From positions 71,554 through 135,553 of the forward strand of contig DASYRA010000001.1 in the NCBI GenBank assembly GCA_036004845.1: a DNA stretch of 64,000 nt. Direction: 5' to 3'. This document shows positions 1 through 9,523 of the stretch, one piece after another. The translations under genes were made by a program, and so were the position numbers. The notes under the pieces were generated by a model. The model was not told the DNA's origin, did no database searches, and saw only the letters and a list, made by a program, of their open reading frames with translations. The first letter of the stretch is position 1. Every line of letters begins with the position of its first letter. This DNA is from Candidatus Limnocylindria bacterium. GTDB lineage: Bacteria > Chloroflexota > Limnocylindria > QHBO01.

Positions 1-781
1 GGATCACGACGACCGGCGAGAAGGCGATGACCGTTTCGACCGGCAAGAGCGGGAGAGCCGCGATCGGGTAGACGATGTTGATCGTCACTGCGAAGGCCGC
101 GGTATAGGCGACCCATCGCAGCTGGAGTCGTTCGTCCCCAAGCGAGTGCCGCAGCCGGATCAATACCGATACCCCTGCTGCGCCGATAACCGCGAGGCCC
201 GCGAAATAGCCAATCGACCCAACGGAACCGCGATTGATGCCGGCCAGCGCCTCAACACCCGTCGGACTGGGAACATCTGGCAGCCCAGGAACAATGACGA
301 GCTCGGGATCAAACACCGCGACCGCGATGAGGCCCGCGGTCAGGGCGACACCGGCCCAGACCACGACTCGCCACCGCGGCGACAGCAACAGACCATTGGG
401 CAGGAAGAGCATGGCTATCGGGGCCAGCCCCGCGGGGTAGACGAGCGCCCCGCACATGTATCCGAACCACGGGATCCACGCTGAGAGCGGCGCTTCGGGT
501 GCCGTCACAACTGCGTATCGCGCGTACTGGGTGGTCGCGCCCGGCACCGCGTTCGCGAGCGCGATGGCCAAGAAGAGCCAGCCGATGACGTTACGAGGCT
601 GTCGCGAAGCGACGAGTGCGCCCAGCACGGCCCACGTGATGGGCACGACGATCTCGATCGCGTTGGCCTCGTAGAGGCTGCGAATCGAGTCGCGGTTGAG
701 CACGACCAGCACGCTTGCTGACGCGACGACGGCCAGCGCCAGGAAGCAGATGCCCCAGGCGATCCGTCCCAAGCTCAGCAC
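1..781 (-). CDS. Partial polytopic membrane protein, N-terminal part only; resembles the membrane sensor region of a sensor kinase. The 3' end lies beyond the window start. Start GTG near 781 is approximate.
   Basis: Minus-strand frame is open from a stop at 905-907 down to position 1. Translation MLSLGRIAWGICFLALAVVAS...YPAGLAPIAMLFLPNGLL... has at least 7 predicted TM helices and high GC3. It is not in the ORF track because it has no stop inside the window. Plus-strand ORFs 146-674 are Arg/Pro-rich antisense artefacts. Confidence 0.5.
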   Translation of the reverse strand, partial: MLSLGRIAWGICFLALAVVASASVLVVLNRDSIRSLYEANAIEIVVPITWAVLGALVASRQPRNVIGWLFLAIALANAVPGATTQYARYAVVTAPEAPLSAWIPWFGYMCGALVYPAGLAPIAMLFLPNGLLLSPRWRVVVWAGVALTAGLIAVAVFDPELVIVPGLPDVPSPTGVEALAGINRGSVGSIGYFAGLAVIGAAGVSVLIRLRHSLGDERLQLRWVAYTAAFAVTINIVYPIAALPLLPVETVIAFSPVVVI

Positions 782-924
782 CCGCGCGAGGCAGCTGTCG
801 TTAGCATCCGGGGATCGTCCCCTCTCGCGCCACCCAGCACAAGACCTGCGCACCGAGCCCGCCGCAGCCAGCTGCTTGGGCACCCACCCCGCACATGTCG
901 TCCATCATGGCGTAGCGTTGGGGC

Positions 925-1377
925 GTGAGCCGGGAAGTCGAGGATTTCAATCGGCGCCTGCTGCGCGCCCGCGACGCCATGGATCGCGCATACGCCGAAC
1001 CACTGAACGTGAGAGCGGTCGCCGCGGTGGCGCACGTCTCCGAGGCCCATTTCATCCGCAGCTTCCGCGCGGTCTTCGGAGAGACGCCCCACCGCTACCT
1101 GCAGCGGCGGCGGGTGGAGCGCTCGATGTTCCTGCTGCGCGAGACCGACCGCAGCGTCACCGACATCTGCTTCGACGTCGGCTTCTCCAGCCTGGGCACG
1201 TTCAGTCGCACGTTCCGGGACGTCGTCGGCGAGACCCCGTCAGGCTACCGAACGGGGCATGGACCGATCGTGGCGCCCCACTGCGTCCAGCTGGCAGCGA
1301 TGCGGCCGCTGGTCGCGGCGAGGGTCGCCAGGCAATCGAGCAGTTTTGGAGAAGCCGCCGGTGCGGCAGGGCCCTAG
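925..1377 (+). CDS. AraC-family HTH transcriptional regulator (short form, HTH_18 domain only)
   Basis: Sequence AHVSEAHFIRSFRAVFGETPHRYLQRRRVERSMFLLRETDRSVTDICFDVGFSSLGTFSRTFRDVVGETPSGYR is a typical AraC dual-HTH signature. Divergent from the upstream membrane protein. Confidence 0.8.
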   Translation: MSREVEDFNRRLLRARDAMDRAYAEPLNVRAVAAVAHVSEAHFIRSFRAVFGETPHRYLQRRRVERSMFLLRETDRSVTDICFDVGFSSLGTFSRTFRDVVGETPSGYRTGHGPIVAPHCVQLAAMRPLVAARVARQSSSFGEAAGAAGP

Positions 1378-1407
1378 GATCAGGACCAACCCCGATGAAT
1401 CGCACAA

Positions 1408-1851
1408 GTGAGGATCGCCATGATCAACAGGCTGAACGTCGCCTCCATCTATGTCCTCGACAAGGAGGAGGCGCGCGACTTCTACGTCAATAAGCTCGGA
1501 CTCGAGGTTGGCAATGACGTCAAGCAGGGTGATTACCGCTGGCTGACGGTGCGGGTTCCCGGCAGCCCGGAGACCGAAGTCTCCCTCGAGCAGCCTGGCC
1601 CCCCGCTGCATGACGAAGCGACTGCTGCGCAGCTCCGCGAGCTGATCACCAAGGGCGCCCTGGGCGGGCTCGTCTTCATCACGGACGATGCCCGAGGCCT
1701 GTACGAAACCCTCCGGGCGCGCGGTGTCACTGACTTCACCCAGGAGCCCACCGACCACTTCTATGGCACAGACATGGGCCTGCGCGATCCGTTCGGCAAC
1801 CCCATTCGGATCCTGCAGCAGGGAAAGGTCGCCCAAGAGGCGACGGCCTGA
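1408..1851 (+). CDS. VOC (glyoxalase/bleomycin-resistance/dioxygenase) family protein
   Basis: [23 protein letters not shown]...GNPIRILQ matches the glyoxalase-fold pattern. Mini-AraC plus VOC pairs are common. Confidence 0.7.
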   Translation: MRIAMINRLNVASIYVLDKEEARDFYVNKLGLEVGNDVKQGDYRWLTVRVPGSPETEVSLEQPGPPLHDEATAAQLRELITKGALGGLVFITDDARGLYETLRARGVTDFTQEPTDHFYGTDMGLRDPFGNPIRILQQGKVAQEATA

Positions 1852-2327
1852 TGAAAGACACCAAGAAGTCGGGCAAACGCACCACCCCCGCCACCGAGCG
1901 AACCAATGTCCTCAGCGACGAGGAACTGGCCGCGCTGAAGGAGACGGTGCAGGAGCGGAAGACGGAAGCGCGCCGTGGCAAGGGAGGCAAGGCGGACGGC
2001 GAGAGCGACGTGCTGGCCAAGATCGCCGAGATGCCAGAATCCGACCGCGTCATGGCCGAGCGGTTCCATGCCATCGTCAAGGACGCCGCCCCCGCCCTCT
2101 CGCCGAAGACCTGGTACGGAATGCCCGCCTACGCCAACGAGGAGGGCAAGGTTGTCTGCTTCTTCCAGGCCGCAGACAAGTTCAAGGCGCGGTACGCGAC
2201 GTTCGGCTTCAACGACGACGCGCACCTGGACGAAGGCACCATGTGGCCAACCTCCTGGGCGCTGACCGCCTTGACCGCCGCTGACGAGGCAAAGATTGGC
2301 GCGCTCGTGAAGAAAGCGGTGCGCTAG
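1851..2327 (+). CDS. DUF1801 (YdhG-like) domain protein
   Basis: [30 protein letters not shown] is characteristic of DUF1801. The start overlaps the stop of the previous gene. Confidence 0.6.
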   Translation: MKDTKKSGKRTTPATERTNVLSDEELAALKETVQERKTEARRGKGGKADGESDVLAKIAEMPESDRVMAERFHAIVKDAAPALSPKTWYGMPAYANEEGKVVCFFQAADKFKARYATFGFNDDAHLDEGTMWPTSWALTALTAADEAKIGALVKKAVR

Positions 2328-2453
2328 CACGTTCGGGTGCGTGAGCCGCTGCCAGCCTGCATGGACGGGCGACCGGGCCGACGCTCGCGCATCGACGACG
2401 TGGCGGACGCTCTCCCGATGGAACTCCCGGCCCGGGGCGCGCGTCCCGGCGGC

Positions 2454-3116
2454 ATGAGAAGCCCGATGCGCTGTGCCATTGCCGCGGTCGTCATCGTCCT
2501 GGCGCTGTCCGCCTGCGCTGGATCTCCCGGCGCCTCCGGACCGACCGATGCCGCCGCGGCGGCGCGGCTTGCGCTCGCCCAGCAGGCTCGCTTCGCCGGG
2601 ATCGGCCCATATGACGACACGCTGATCGGCCAGGCCGCCTGGTACGAGGTCACCGCCACTGACGACGGCTGGCAGGTCGTGATCAGGATCGGCTGGGGCG
2701 ACTGCCCGGCGGGTTGTATCAGCGAGCATCGCTGGACCTACGCCGTCGGACGCGATGCAAGCGTCGAGCTGATTCACGAAGAGGGGGACGCCCTTCCCGG
2801 TGCGACCGGCGTGCGGGGGACAGTGACTTCGGGCCCCACCTGCCCGGTCGAGACGCAACCTCCTGATCCAGCCTGTGCCGCACGTCCGGTGGCGGGCGCC
2901 GTCCTGGTCTTCAGCAATGCAGCTGGCGCCGAGGTGGCCCGCGCGACATCCGATGCCGACGGCACCTTCTCGGTCGCGCTGGCGCCCGGTGCGTACCGCG
3001 TCACCGCCCAGCCGGTGGAGGGGCTGATGGGAACGCCGGAGCCGATGGAGGTCGAGGTCGAGGCCGGTCAGCTGATGACCGAGCTGCAGGTCTCCTACGA
3101 CACCGGAATCCGCTAG
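2454..3116 (+). CDS. Hypothetical lipoprotein with a C-terminal carboxypeptidase-regulatory-like (beta-sandwich) region
   Basis: Signal peptide plus lipobox: MRSPMRCAIAAVVIVLALSAC. C-terminal ADGTFSVALAPGAYRVTA resembles a CarbopepD_reg-like motif. The track ORF starts at 2337; ATG 2454 or 2465 is preferred because it precedes the signal peptide. Confidence 0.55.
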   Translation: MRSPMRCAIAAVVIVLALSACAGSPGASGPTDAAAAARLALAQQARFAGIGPYDDTLIGQAAWYEVTATDDGWQVVIRIGWGDCPAGCISEHRWTYAVGRDASVELIHEEGDALPGATGVRGTVTSGPTCPVETQPPDPACAARPVAGAVLVFSNAAGAEVARATSDADGTFSVALAPGAYRVTAQPVEGLMGTPEPMEVEVEAGQLMTELQVSYDTGIR

Positions 3117-3355
3117 CGGCGCTTCGGCTCGAAGTCCGGGTCCACAGGCGCCGTCGGCCCCACGTTGTCGGACGTCGGCACGAGGACCCACAGGAAGACG
3201 GCGACGGCCCCGGCGAAGATGAGGAGGAGCGCAGAGCCCGCCGGCTCCCCGTGACTCGCCCACCAGTAGACGGCACCCACCGTCGCGATCAGGATCGGAA
3301 GCCCGAGAATTCGGATCAGCATGGGCGCGATGATAGGGGACGGGTGCCGTTCCAC
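3113..3355 (-). CDS. Small membrane protein (2 TM), hypothetical
   Basis: Two hydrophobic helices (ILGLPILIATVGAVYWW and LLLIFAGAVAVFLWVLV), high GC3. Confidence 0.45.
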   Translation of the reverse strand: MERHPSPIIAPMLIRILGLPILIATVGAVYWWASHGEPAGSALLLIFAGAVAVFLWVLVPTSDNVGPTAPVDPDFEPKRR

Positions 3356-3397
3356 GGGGCGCCACGCACGCCACCTAATCTGTGCATTTCTATGCCT

Positions 3398-3961
3398 TCA
3401 AACGAGCCAGCCGCAGTCGGTGCGCGCCACCGCGCGACCCTCGCCGCTCCGGATCCCGGTCGCCGGCTCGCTGGCTCGGACCAGCGGACCTGCCCCGAGC
3501 AGCTCGCCGCTGTCGGCCAGCGTCGCCCGTCGCACGCCCGGGTCAGTGACCGGCGCCTCGCCTTCGGCCACATCGGGGAGGGCCGCGCGCGGGCCCGGCA
3601 CCGGCGGCGTGCCGGCCGCCGGTCGCGCGGTGACCAGCGACCCGTCCGGATAGGCAAGCCACAGGCCGCGCATGCGCGCCACGAAGTGCTCGGGCATGCC
3701 TGGGACGAGCATGTCGACCTGGCCGCGACGGCTGCGGCGATAGCCGCGTGGCCGCTCGTCTGCCTGCACCCGGTCGACGAACGGGCGTTCGAGGAGCTCG
3801 CGCACGGCGACAGAGATCGCCTCGGGGGCATCGACCTTCGACTGGCCGTCCCTGAAGATGGCGGTGCCGACGACTGCGCCCTGGTCGCTTCCCGGTGCGC
3901 CCTGGATCAGCTCGTAGACGATCGTGTCCTCGGTCCGCAGCCGGGCGATGGGGTCGATCAC
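3398..3961 (-). CDS. Hypothetical protein
   Basis: Protein-like composition with a GTG start (IDPIARLRTEDTIVYELIQ...MPEHFVARMRGLWLAYPDGSLV). The overlapping + frame 3251-4072 is Arg-rich antisense noise. Confidence 0.5.
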   Translation of the reverse strand: MIDPIARLRTEDTIVYELIQGAPGSDQGAVVGTAIFRDGQSKVDAPEAISVAVRELLERPFVDRVQADERPRGYRRSRRGQVDMLVPGMPEHFVARMRGLWLAYPDGSLVTARPAAGTPPVPGPRAALPDVAEGEAPVTDPGVRRATLADSGELLGAGPLVRASEPATGIRSGEGRAVARTDCGWLV

Positions 3962-4068
3962 GGCCGCAGGATAGCCGATGCGGTCGCGCCGCCGAGGGCC
4001 GGTGGGCGCAGTCGCGGGGCCCTGGGCTTGGGTAGAATCGCGAGGCCAATGACGAACGGAGGAGCCGG

Positions 4069-4425
4069 GTGAGCGCGATCGAAGAGCGCGGCTATCGCAA
4101 GATGGTCGAGGCGCAGGGCGACCAGCAGATCGACACCTGGGCGGCGGATCTGTTCATCGACTTCGCCAAGCGGATGGGGGTCGGCACAGCCATCGCCGCA
4201 TTCTGCTCGGTCGCCGGCCTGGACGCGAAGGGATTCCAGCGCGCCTTCCTGGTCGGCGGGGGACCGGATCACGTGGTCGGCATCGACACCGCCGGTGCCC
4301 TGGCGGCGCCGATCTTTGAGCTGCCGCGCGCGATTGCGGGTCTGCGTCGCACCGATCCCGATGCGCGCAAGAAACTGGTGGCGTTCCTCGTCGGTCAGCG
4401 CGAGGTCATGAGCTACACGCCCTAG
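4069..4425 (+). CDS. Hypothetical protein
   Basis: 118 aa, balanced composition (MSAIEERGYRKMVEAQGDQQIDTWAADLFIDFAKRMG...). Ends 4 nt into parB on the opposite strand. Confidence 0.45.
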   Translation: MSAIEERGYRKMVEAQGDQQIDTWAADLFIDFAKRMGVGTAIAAFCSVAGLDAKGFQRAFLVGGGPDHVVGIDTAGALAAPIFELPRAIAGLRRTDPDARKKLVAFLVGQREVMSYTP

Positions 4426-5399
4426 GGTGCCGCCTCCCGCGTGGCCCGGATGATGGCGATCGCGTTCTCGAGCTTGAGCTTCGTCACCGTCAGGTAGCGG
4501 GCGAGGTTGTCCCGGTTGGTGTCCGGGATCTCGTCGATGAGCTCGCGCTGGCTCAGCAGGTCGACCAGCTCGTCGACGGCACCCGCCAGCCGCACTCGAT
4601 TGTTGACGAGGGCATCGTCCGTATCCTTGGCGGCAGCCAGCTGTCCGGCGACGGTCTTGGCCCGGCGCTTGGGCTTCGCATCGGCATCAGCCTTTGGGGG
4701 CGGGCTTCCACCGGTGATGGCCCGAAGACGCGTGAGCGTCAGCTCGCCGGCCGCCACCTTCTTGGCGAGGCGCCGTCGCGTTCGCTCGTCCCGCACCTTC
4801 ATCAGCTCGTAGGCATGACTCAGCGTGTCTTTGCGCAGGGACACGAGCTCTCGGATCTCCGGCGGGGCCTCGGCCAGCCGGATGCGGTTCTCGACGTAAC
4901 CCTTGTCCTTGCCGATCTTCTGGGCCAGCTGTCGCAGCGAATAGCCGAGGTCGGTCATCTTGCGGAACATGGCCGCTTCTTCAAGCGGAGAGACGTCCTC
5001 GCGCTGGAGGTTCTCGATGATCGACACCTCGAGCGCCGTCTCGTCGTCGAACTCCACCACGATCGCGGGGATCGAATCGCGCTGCGCCATCCGTGATGCG
5101 CGCCATCGCCGCTCGCCGGCGATCAGCTCGAACTGGCTCCCGACCGGACGCACCAGGATCGGCTGGAGGACGCCGTGCTCGCGGATCGAGTCGGCCAGCT
5201 CGACGAGCGATTCCTCCTCATACGAGAGGCGCGGCTGAGCGGGGTTCGGCAGGATCCGATCGGTCGGGACCTCGCGAATCTGCGCATGCGTGGCGCGTGA
5301 TTCGATCAGGGAGACGATTCCGGGCGCGAGGTCGATGGCCTGCGCCTCGTCGAAGAGGCGATGGATGTTCTCGCTGAAGGCCGGTCGCTTGCTAGCCAA
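4422..5399 (-). CDS. parB: Chromosome partitioning protein ParB/Spo0J
   Basis: ParB N-terminal and HTH motifs: LQPILVRP, FELIAGERRWRAS, SLRQLAQKIGKDKGYVENRIRLAE. Overlaps parA by 8 nt. Confidence 0.9.
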   Translation of the reverse strand: MASKRPAFSENIHRLFDEAQAIDLAPGIVSLIESRATHAQIREVPTDRILPNPAQPRLSYEEESLVELADSIREHGVLQPILVRPVGSQFELIAGERRWRASRMAQRDSIPAIVVEFDDETALEVSIIENLQREDVSPLEEAAMFRKMTDLGYSLRQLAQKIGKDKGYVENRIRLAEAPPEIRELVSLRKDTLSHAYELMKVRDERTRRRLAKKVAAGELTLTRLRAITGGSPPPKADADAKPKRRAKTVAGQLAAAKDTDDALVNNRVRLAGAVDELVDLLSQRELIDEIPDTNRDNLARYLTVTKLKLENAIAIIRATREAAP

Positions 5400-6159
5400 G
5401 TTCGATCACCTCTTGCGCCAGGTCCCGGAACGCGCGGGCGGCGGCGGAATGGGTCGCGTATTCCGTCACCGGCTTGCCGGTCAGCGGCGCCTCACCGAGC
5501 TTCACCGTCTGCTTGATCATCGTCGAGAAGACCCGATGATCACCGAGCTCCCGCAGGTTCTGGAGCATCTCACGCGCGAGCACGGTGCGGCCGTCGTAGA
5601 AGGTGGCGAGCAGACCGAGGATCTCGAGATCGTGGTTGAGCTTGATCTTGATCGTATTGATGACCTTGATCAGTGCGGTCAGTCCCTTGATGGCGTAGTA
5701 CTGGGTCTGCACCGGGATGATCACGCGCGAGCTGGCGACCAGCGCGTTGATGGTCAGCAGCCCGAGCGTGGGCGGGGAGTCGATGATGATCACGTCGTAC
5801 TGCCGTTCGGCCCAGCCGTCCAGCGCATCGCGCAGCACCATCTCGCGACCGATGGCCGTGAACAGCTCGACCTCGGTCGAGGCCAGCTCGAGCGTGGAGG
5901 GGGCGACCGACAAGCCTGGCATCTCGGTCTGGCGCACGATCTCGTCGAGCGGCACGCGATTCTCGGAGAGGACGTCGGCCATCGAATGCCGGACGTCGGA
6001 GAGGCTGATGCCGAGGCCGACCGTCAGGTTCGCCTGTGGGTCCATGTCGACGCAGAGGACCCGATACCCGAGCTCGGCGAGCGCGCCGCCGAGATTAATT
6101 GAGGCGGTTGTCTTTCCGACTCCGCCTTTCTGGTTCGCGATCGAGATTACCTTGGTCAC
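5392..6159 (-). CDS. parA: Chromosome partitioning ATPase ParA/Soj
   Basis: Deviant Walker A: [23 protein letters not shown] start. Confidence 0.9.
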   Translation of the reverse strand: MTKVISIANQKGGVGKTTASINLGGALAELGYRVLCVDMDPQANLTVGLGISLSDVRHSMADVLSENRVPLDEIVRQTEMPGLSVAPSTLELASTEVELFTAIGREMVLRDALDGWAERQYDVIIIDSPPTLGLLTINALVASSRVIIPVQTQYYAIKGLTALIKVINTIKIKLNHDLEILGLLATFYDGRTVLAREMLQNLRELGDHRVFSTMIKQTVKLGEAPLTGKPVTEYATHSAAARAFRDLAQEVIELG

Positions 6160-6251
6160 AAGATCACCTTGCAGCGGCTCGGGCGGAACGGAATGGTCGC
6201 GGACGCGACCGGTCGATCATACCCGGCGCCACTCGCCCGCGACCATCCGAC

Positions 6252-6260
6252 TTATCCACA
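6252..6260 (+). promoter_or_regulatory. DnaA-box-like 9-mer TTATCCACA; a second near-match TTGTCCACC lies at about 6312-6320
   Basis: Exact match to the E. coli-type DnaA box; the second is 8/9 to the high-GC consensus TTGTCCACA. Both lie in the parA / tRNA-Met spacer. Confidence 0.3.
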
Positions 6261-6278
6261 AGCTGCCGGAATGTCGAT

Positions 6279-6294
6279 GTCTTTGTGCAAAGAC
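6279..6294. promoter_or_regulatory. Inverted repeat GTCTTTG-tg-CAAAGAC (copy 1). Overlaps a putative promoter of tRNA-Met and the carboxylase operon, with -10 TATACT at about 6302-6307.
   Basis: 7-bp arms with a 2-bp spacer. A second, perfect 18-bp copy is at 7980-7997. Confidence 0.4.
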
Positions 6295-6327
6295 GAGCAT
6301 CTATACTCGGAGTTGTCCACCATCGTC

Positions 6328-6403
6328 GGGCCCATAGCTCAGTGGTCAGAGCATCCGGCTCATAACCGGCGGGTCGCAGGTTCGATCCCTGCTGGGCCCA
6401 CCA
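6328..6403 (+). tRNA. tRNA-Met (anticodon CAT; elongator vs initiator vs Ile-lysidine not resolved)
   Basis: Cloverleaf GGGCCCA/TGGGCCC acceptor stem, D-loop AGTGGTCAGAGC, anticodon loop CTCATAA, T-arm GGTTCGATCC, discriminator A, encoded CCA. Confidence 0.9.
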
Positions 6404-6423
6404 CCAGCGCGGAGGACGCCCCC

Positions 6424-7974
6424 GTGTCGACGGCCGACAAGCTTTCGAACCTCCGACGGCTGCGCGAAGAGGCCAGGCTCGGCGGTGGCGAGCAACGCAT
6501 CGCGCAGCAGCACGAGCGGAACAAGCTGACCGCCCGCGAACGGATCGAGCTGCTGCTCGATGACGAATCGTTCATCGAGCTCGACGCATTTGTCACCCAT
6601 CGGGCAACCGACTTCGGGCTGGACGATGAGCGGTACCTCGGCGATGGCGTCGTCAGCGGACACGGGCGCATCGATGGGCGGCTCGTCTTCATCTATGCGC
6701 AGGACTTCACCGTCTTCGGCGGATCGCTGTCCGAGGCCCATGCCGAGAAGATCTGCAAGGTGATGGATCTCGCGATGAGCACCGGTGCTCCGATCATCGG
6801 TCTCTCGGATTCCGGCGGTGCACGGATCCAGGAGGGGGTCGCCTCGCTGGGAGGGTATGCGGAGATCTTCCTGCGCAACACGCTGGCCTCGGGGGTCGTC
6901 CCGCAGATTTCGGTGGTGATGGGTCCGTGCGCCGGTGGGGCGGTCTACTCGCCGGCGATCACCGACTTCACGGTGATGGTCGACGGCAGCAGCTACATGT
7001 TCGTCACCGGGCCGAACGTGGTGAAGACGGTGACCCACGAGGAGATCGACCTCGAGGGGCTCGGCGGTGCGCGGGTCCACAACGAGACCAGCGGGGTCGC
7101 GCACTTCCTGGCGGAGGGCGAGCCGCAGGCGATGCAGCTGACGCGTCGGATGCTGAGCTACATGCCCCAGAACAACATCGACTCGCCGCCGATCGCCGCT
7201 GATTGGCAGCCGCCCGACGTCAGCGGCGCCGATCTCGATGCCCTGGTGCCGGATTCCGCTCAGCGCTCCTACGACATGCGTCGCGTCATCGCCGGGATCG
7301 TGGATGCCGACTCGTTCACCGAGGTGCATGCCCACTTCGCCCGCAACGTCATCTGCGGATTCGCACGGGTCGAGGGCCGCAGCGTCGGGATCGTGGCCCA
7401 GCAGCCCGAGGTGCTCGCTGGCGTGCTCGACATCGACGCGTCGGACAAGGCGGCGCGCTTCGTCCGTTTCTGCGACTGCTTCAACATTCCGCTTGTCACG
7501 CTCGTCGACGTGCCGGGCTTCCTGCCGGGCGTCGACCAGGAGCATCGGGGCATCATTCGCCACGGCGCCAAGCTGCTGTACGCGTACTGCGAGGCCACCG
7601 TGCCGAAGGTCACGGTCATCACGCGAAAGGCGTACGGCGGCGCCTATGACGTCATGAGCAGCAAGCACGTCCGTGGGGACCTGAACTTCGCCTGGCCGAC
7701 GGCGGAGATCGCGGTGATGGGCGTCGAGGGAGCGGTGAACATCATCTTCCGGGATCGCATCGCCGAGGCGGGCGACCCAGATGCGGAACGGGCCAGGCTG
7801 GTGGCGGAATATGAGACGCGGTTTGCAAACCCGTACGTCGCCGCTGCGCGGGGGTATGTCGACGAGGTGATCCTGCCCTCGGAGACGCGGGAACGCGTCG
7901 TCGACGCGCTGGCCATGCTGCAGGGAAAGCGCCAGGCGGTACCGGCCAGGAAGCATGGCAACATCCCGCTCTGA
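6424..7974 (+). CDS. pccB: Acyl-CoA carboxylase carboxyltransferase (beta) subunit, propionyl-CoA carboxylase PccB/AccD5-like
   Basis: Carboxyl transferase signatures throughout ([23 protein letters not shown]...[17 protein letters not shown]..., second half [25 protein letters not shown]). The track ORF starts at 6169 and reads through the tRNA; an in-frame GTG at 6424 with GGAGGA 7 nt upstream is preferred. Confidence 0.85.
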   Translation: MSTADKLSNLRRLREEARLGGGEQRIAQQHERNKLTARERIELLLDDESFIELDAFVTHRATDFGLDDERYLGDGVVSGHGRIDGRLVFIYAQDFTVFGGSLSEAHAEKICKVMDLAMSTGAPIIGLSDSGGARIQEGVASLGGYAEIFLRNTLASGVVPQISVVMGPCAGGAVYSPAITDFTVMVDGSSYMFVTGPNVVKTVTHEEIDLEGLGGARVHNETSGVAHFLAEGEPQAMQLTRRMLSYMPQNNIDSPPIAADWQPPDVSGADLDALVPDSAQRSYDMRRVIAGIVDADSFTEVHAHFARNVICGFARVEGRSVGIVAQQPEVLAGVLDIDASDKAARFVRFCDCFNIPLVTLVDVPGFLPGVDQEHRGIIRHGAKLLYAYCEATVPKVTVITRKAYGGAYDVMSSKHVRGDLNFAWPTAEIAVMGVEGAVNIIFRDRIAEAGDPDAERARLVAEYETRFANPYVAAARGYVDEVILPSETRERVVDALAMLQGKRQAVPARKHGNIPL

Positions 7975-9523
7975 CCGCTCGTCTTTGCGCAAAGACGGCG
8001 CCCCATTTCGACGGCTCCTGATCGCGAACCGCGGCGAGATTGCGGTCCGCATCATCCGGGCCTGCCGAGAGCTGGGGATCGAATCGGTGGCGACCTACAG
8101 CGATGCCGACGCGGATGCCCTCCATGTGCGAATGGCCGATCGATCGGAGCGAATCGGCCCGGCCCCGGCCGCTGACTCGTACCTCTCGATCGAGGCGCTC
8201 ATCGCGGCCGCCGTCCGGGCCGATGCCGAGGCGGTCCACCCCGGCTATGGATTCCTCTCCGAGAATGCGACCTTCGCCCGGGCCGTCGAGGACGCCGGCC
8301 TCGCCTTCGTCGGTCCGCCCCCGGCGACCCTGCAGTCGCTCGGCGACAAGCTGGCCGCGCGCCGCGCGGTCGCGGCCGCGGGGGTGCCGATCGTGCCTGG
8401 CCTGATGGTCCCGCTGGTTGCGGATGGTGACGGATCCGTGCCGCGGGCCGACCTGCCAGGGATCGGCTTCCCCGCGCTCCTCAAGGCGGCGGCCGGCGGT
8501 GGGGGACGCGGGATGCGCAGGGTCGACAACCGCGCGGAGCTCGAGGGTGCGCTGGCCGCGGCAGCCCGCGAGGCGCTGGCTGCCTTCGGTGACGGCACCA
8601 TCTACCTTGAACGTCTCATCTCGCCGGCGCGGCACGTCGAGGTCCAGCTGCTCGGGGACCGTCACGGCAGCCTGGCGGTCCTCGGCGAGCGGGAGTGCAG
8701 CGTTCAGCGACGTCACCAGAAGCTGGTGGAGGAGTCGCCATCCCCGGCGGTCGATCCGGGCCTGCGTGCCGAGCTCGCCGCCAGCGCGCGGCAGGTCGCG
8801 GCGACGGTGGCGTTCCACAGCGCCGCAACCGTGGAGTTCCTGGTCGACGCGGATGGTGGCCACTACTTCCTGGAGATGAACACGCGGCTGCAGGTCGAGC
8901 ACGGGGTGACCGAGCTGGTGTACGGCCTCGACCTGGTCGCCTGGCAGATCCGGGTGGCGGCGGGGGAACACCTCTCCGAGTCGGTGATGGCCGCCGCGCC
9001 GCTGGGACACGCTATTGAGGCGCGCGTCTATGCCGAGGATCCGCATCGAGCCTTCGCGCCGGTCTCCGGCAGGGTCACGAGCTGGCGGATGCCGGACGGC
9101 CCGGGGGTCCGCGTCGACGCCGGCGTCACGGCCGACACGCCCCTGCCCGTGGAGTACGACCCGCTCCTCGCCAAGCTGATGGTCCACGCGGCGGATCGCC
9201 CGGCGGCCGTGGTGCGGCTGCGCAGGGCGCTCGACGAGACGGCCGTCGGTGGGGTCCAGACCGATCTCTCGTTCCTGCGCTGGCTCGTCGACGAGCCAGC
9301 CTTCGTGAGCGGCGCCTATGACACCGGGCTCATCGACAACCGGTGGGGAGAGGGTCCGGCCCTGACCGATGAGCAGCGCTCGCTGGCGGCGGAGGTTGCC
9401 CGACAGGCGCGCGAGCGCCCGGCCCGGTCCGCTGCCGCTGGGACCGTGGCGGCGCCCCTCCCCGAAAGCGGATGGCAGCAGATCGCCAGACGCGAGGCGG
9501 TGGGACGGCGCCAGCCCGAGTGA
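7955..9523 (+). CDS. accC: Biotin carboxylase subunit (AccC-like), no fused BCCP domain
   Basis: [38 protein letters not shown]-grasp BC domain of about 450 aa. Start ambiguous: ATG 7955 overlaps the pccB end; an alternative TTG lies at about 7985. Confidence 0.85.
   Translation: MATSRSDRSSLRKDGAPFRRLLIANRGEIAVRIIRACRELGIESVATYSDADADALHVRMADRSERIGPAPAADSYLSIEALIAAAVRADAEAVHPGYGFLSENATFARAVEDAGLAFVGPPPATLQSLGDKLAARRAVAAAGVPIVPGLMVPLVADGDGSVPRADLPGIGFPALLKAAAGGGGRGMRRVDNRAELEGALAAAAREALAAFGDGTIYLERLISPARHVEVQLLGDRHGSLAVLGERECSVQRRHQKLVEESPSPAVDPGLRAELAASARQVAATVAFHSAATVEFLVDADGGHYFLEMNTRLQVEHGVTELVYGLDLVAWQIRVAAGEHLSESVMAAAPLGHAIEARVYAEDPHRAFAPVSGRVTSWRMPDGPGVRVDAGVTADTPLPVEYDPLLAKLMVHAADRPAAVVRLRRALDETAVGGVQTDLSFLRWLVDEPAFVSGAYDTGLIDNRWGEGPALTDEQRSLAAEVARQARERPARSAAAGTVAAPLPESGWQQIARREAVGRRQPE
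7980..7997. promoter_or_regulatory. Perfect 18-bp palindrome CGTCTTTGCGCAAAGACG (copy 2) at the pccB/biotin-carboxylase junction
   Basis: Self-complementary; same arms as the copy at 6279-6294. Confidence 0.4.

Noticed and set aside
146-1493. Plus-strand ORFs 146-484, 234-440, 456-674 and 696-1493 at the window start
   Set aside because: Arg/Pro-rich, overlapping each other and antisense to a convincing multi-TM minus-strand frame. 696-1493 also spans the better-supported AraC ORF in another frame.
4422-6159. parS sites within or near parB
   Set aside because: I looked for GTTTCACGTGAAAC-like 16-mers around parAB and did not see one in this window; it may lie outside.
6160-6330. Replication origin (oriC) next to parAB
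   Set aside because: Only two DnaA-box-like 9-mers, no AT-rich unwinding element, and no dnaA/dnaN/rpmH/gidAB context. More likely regulatory boxes.
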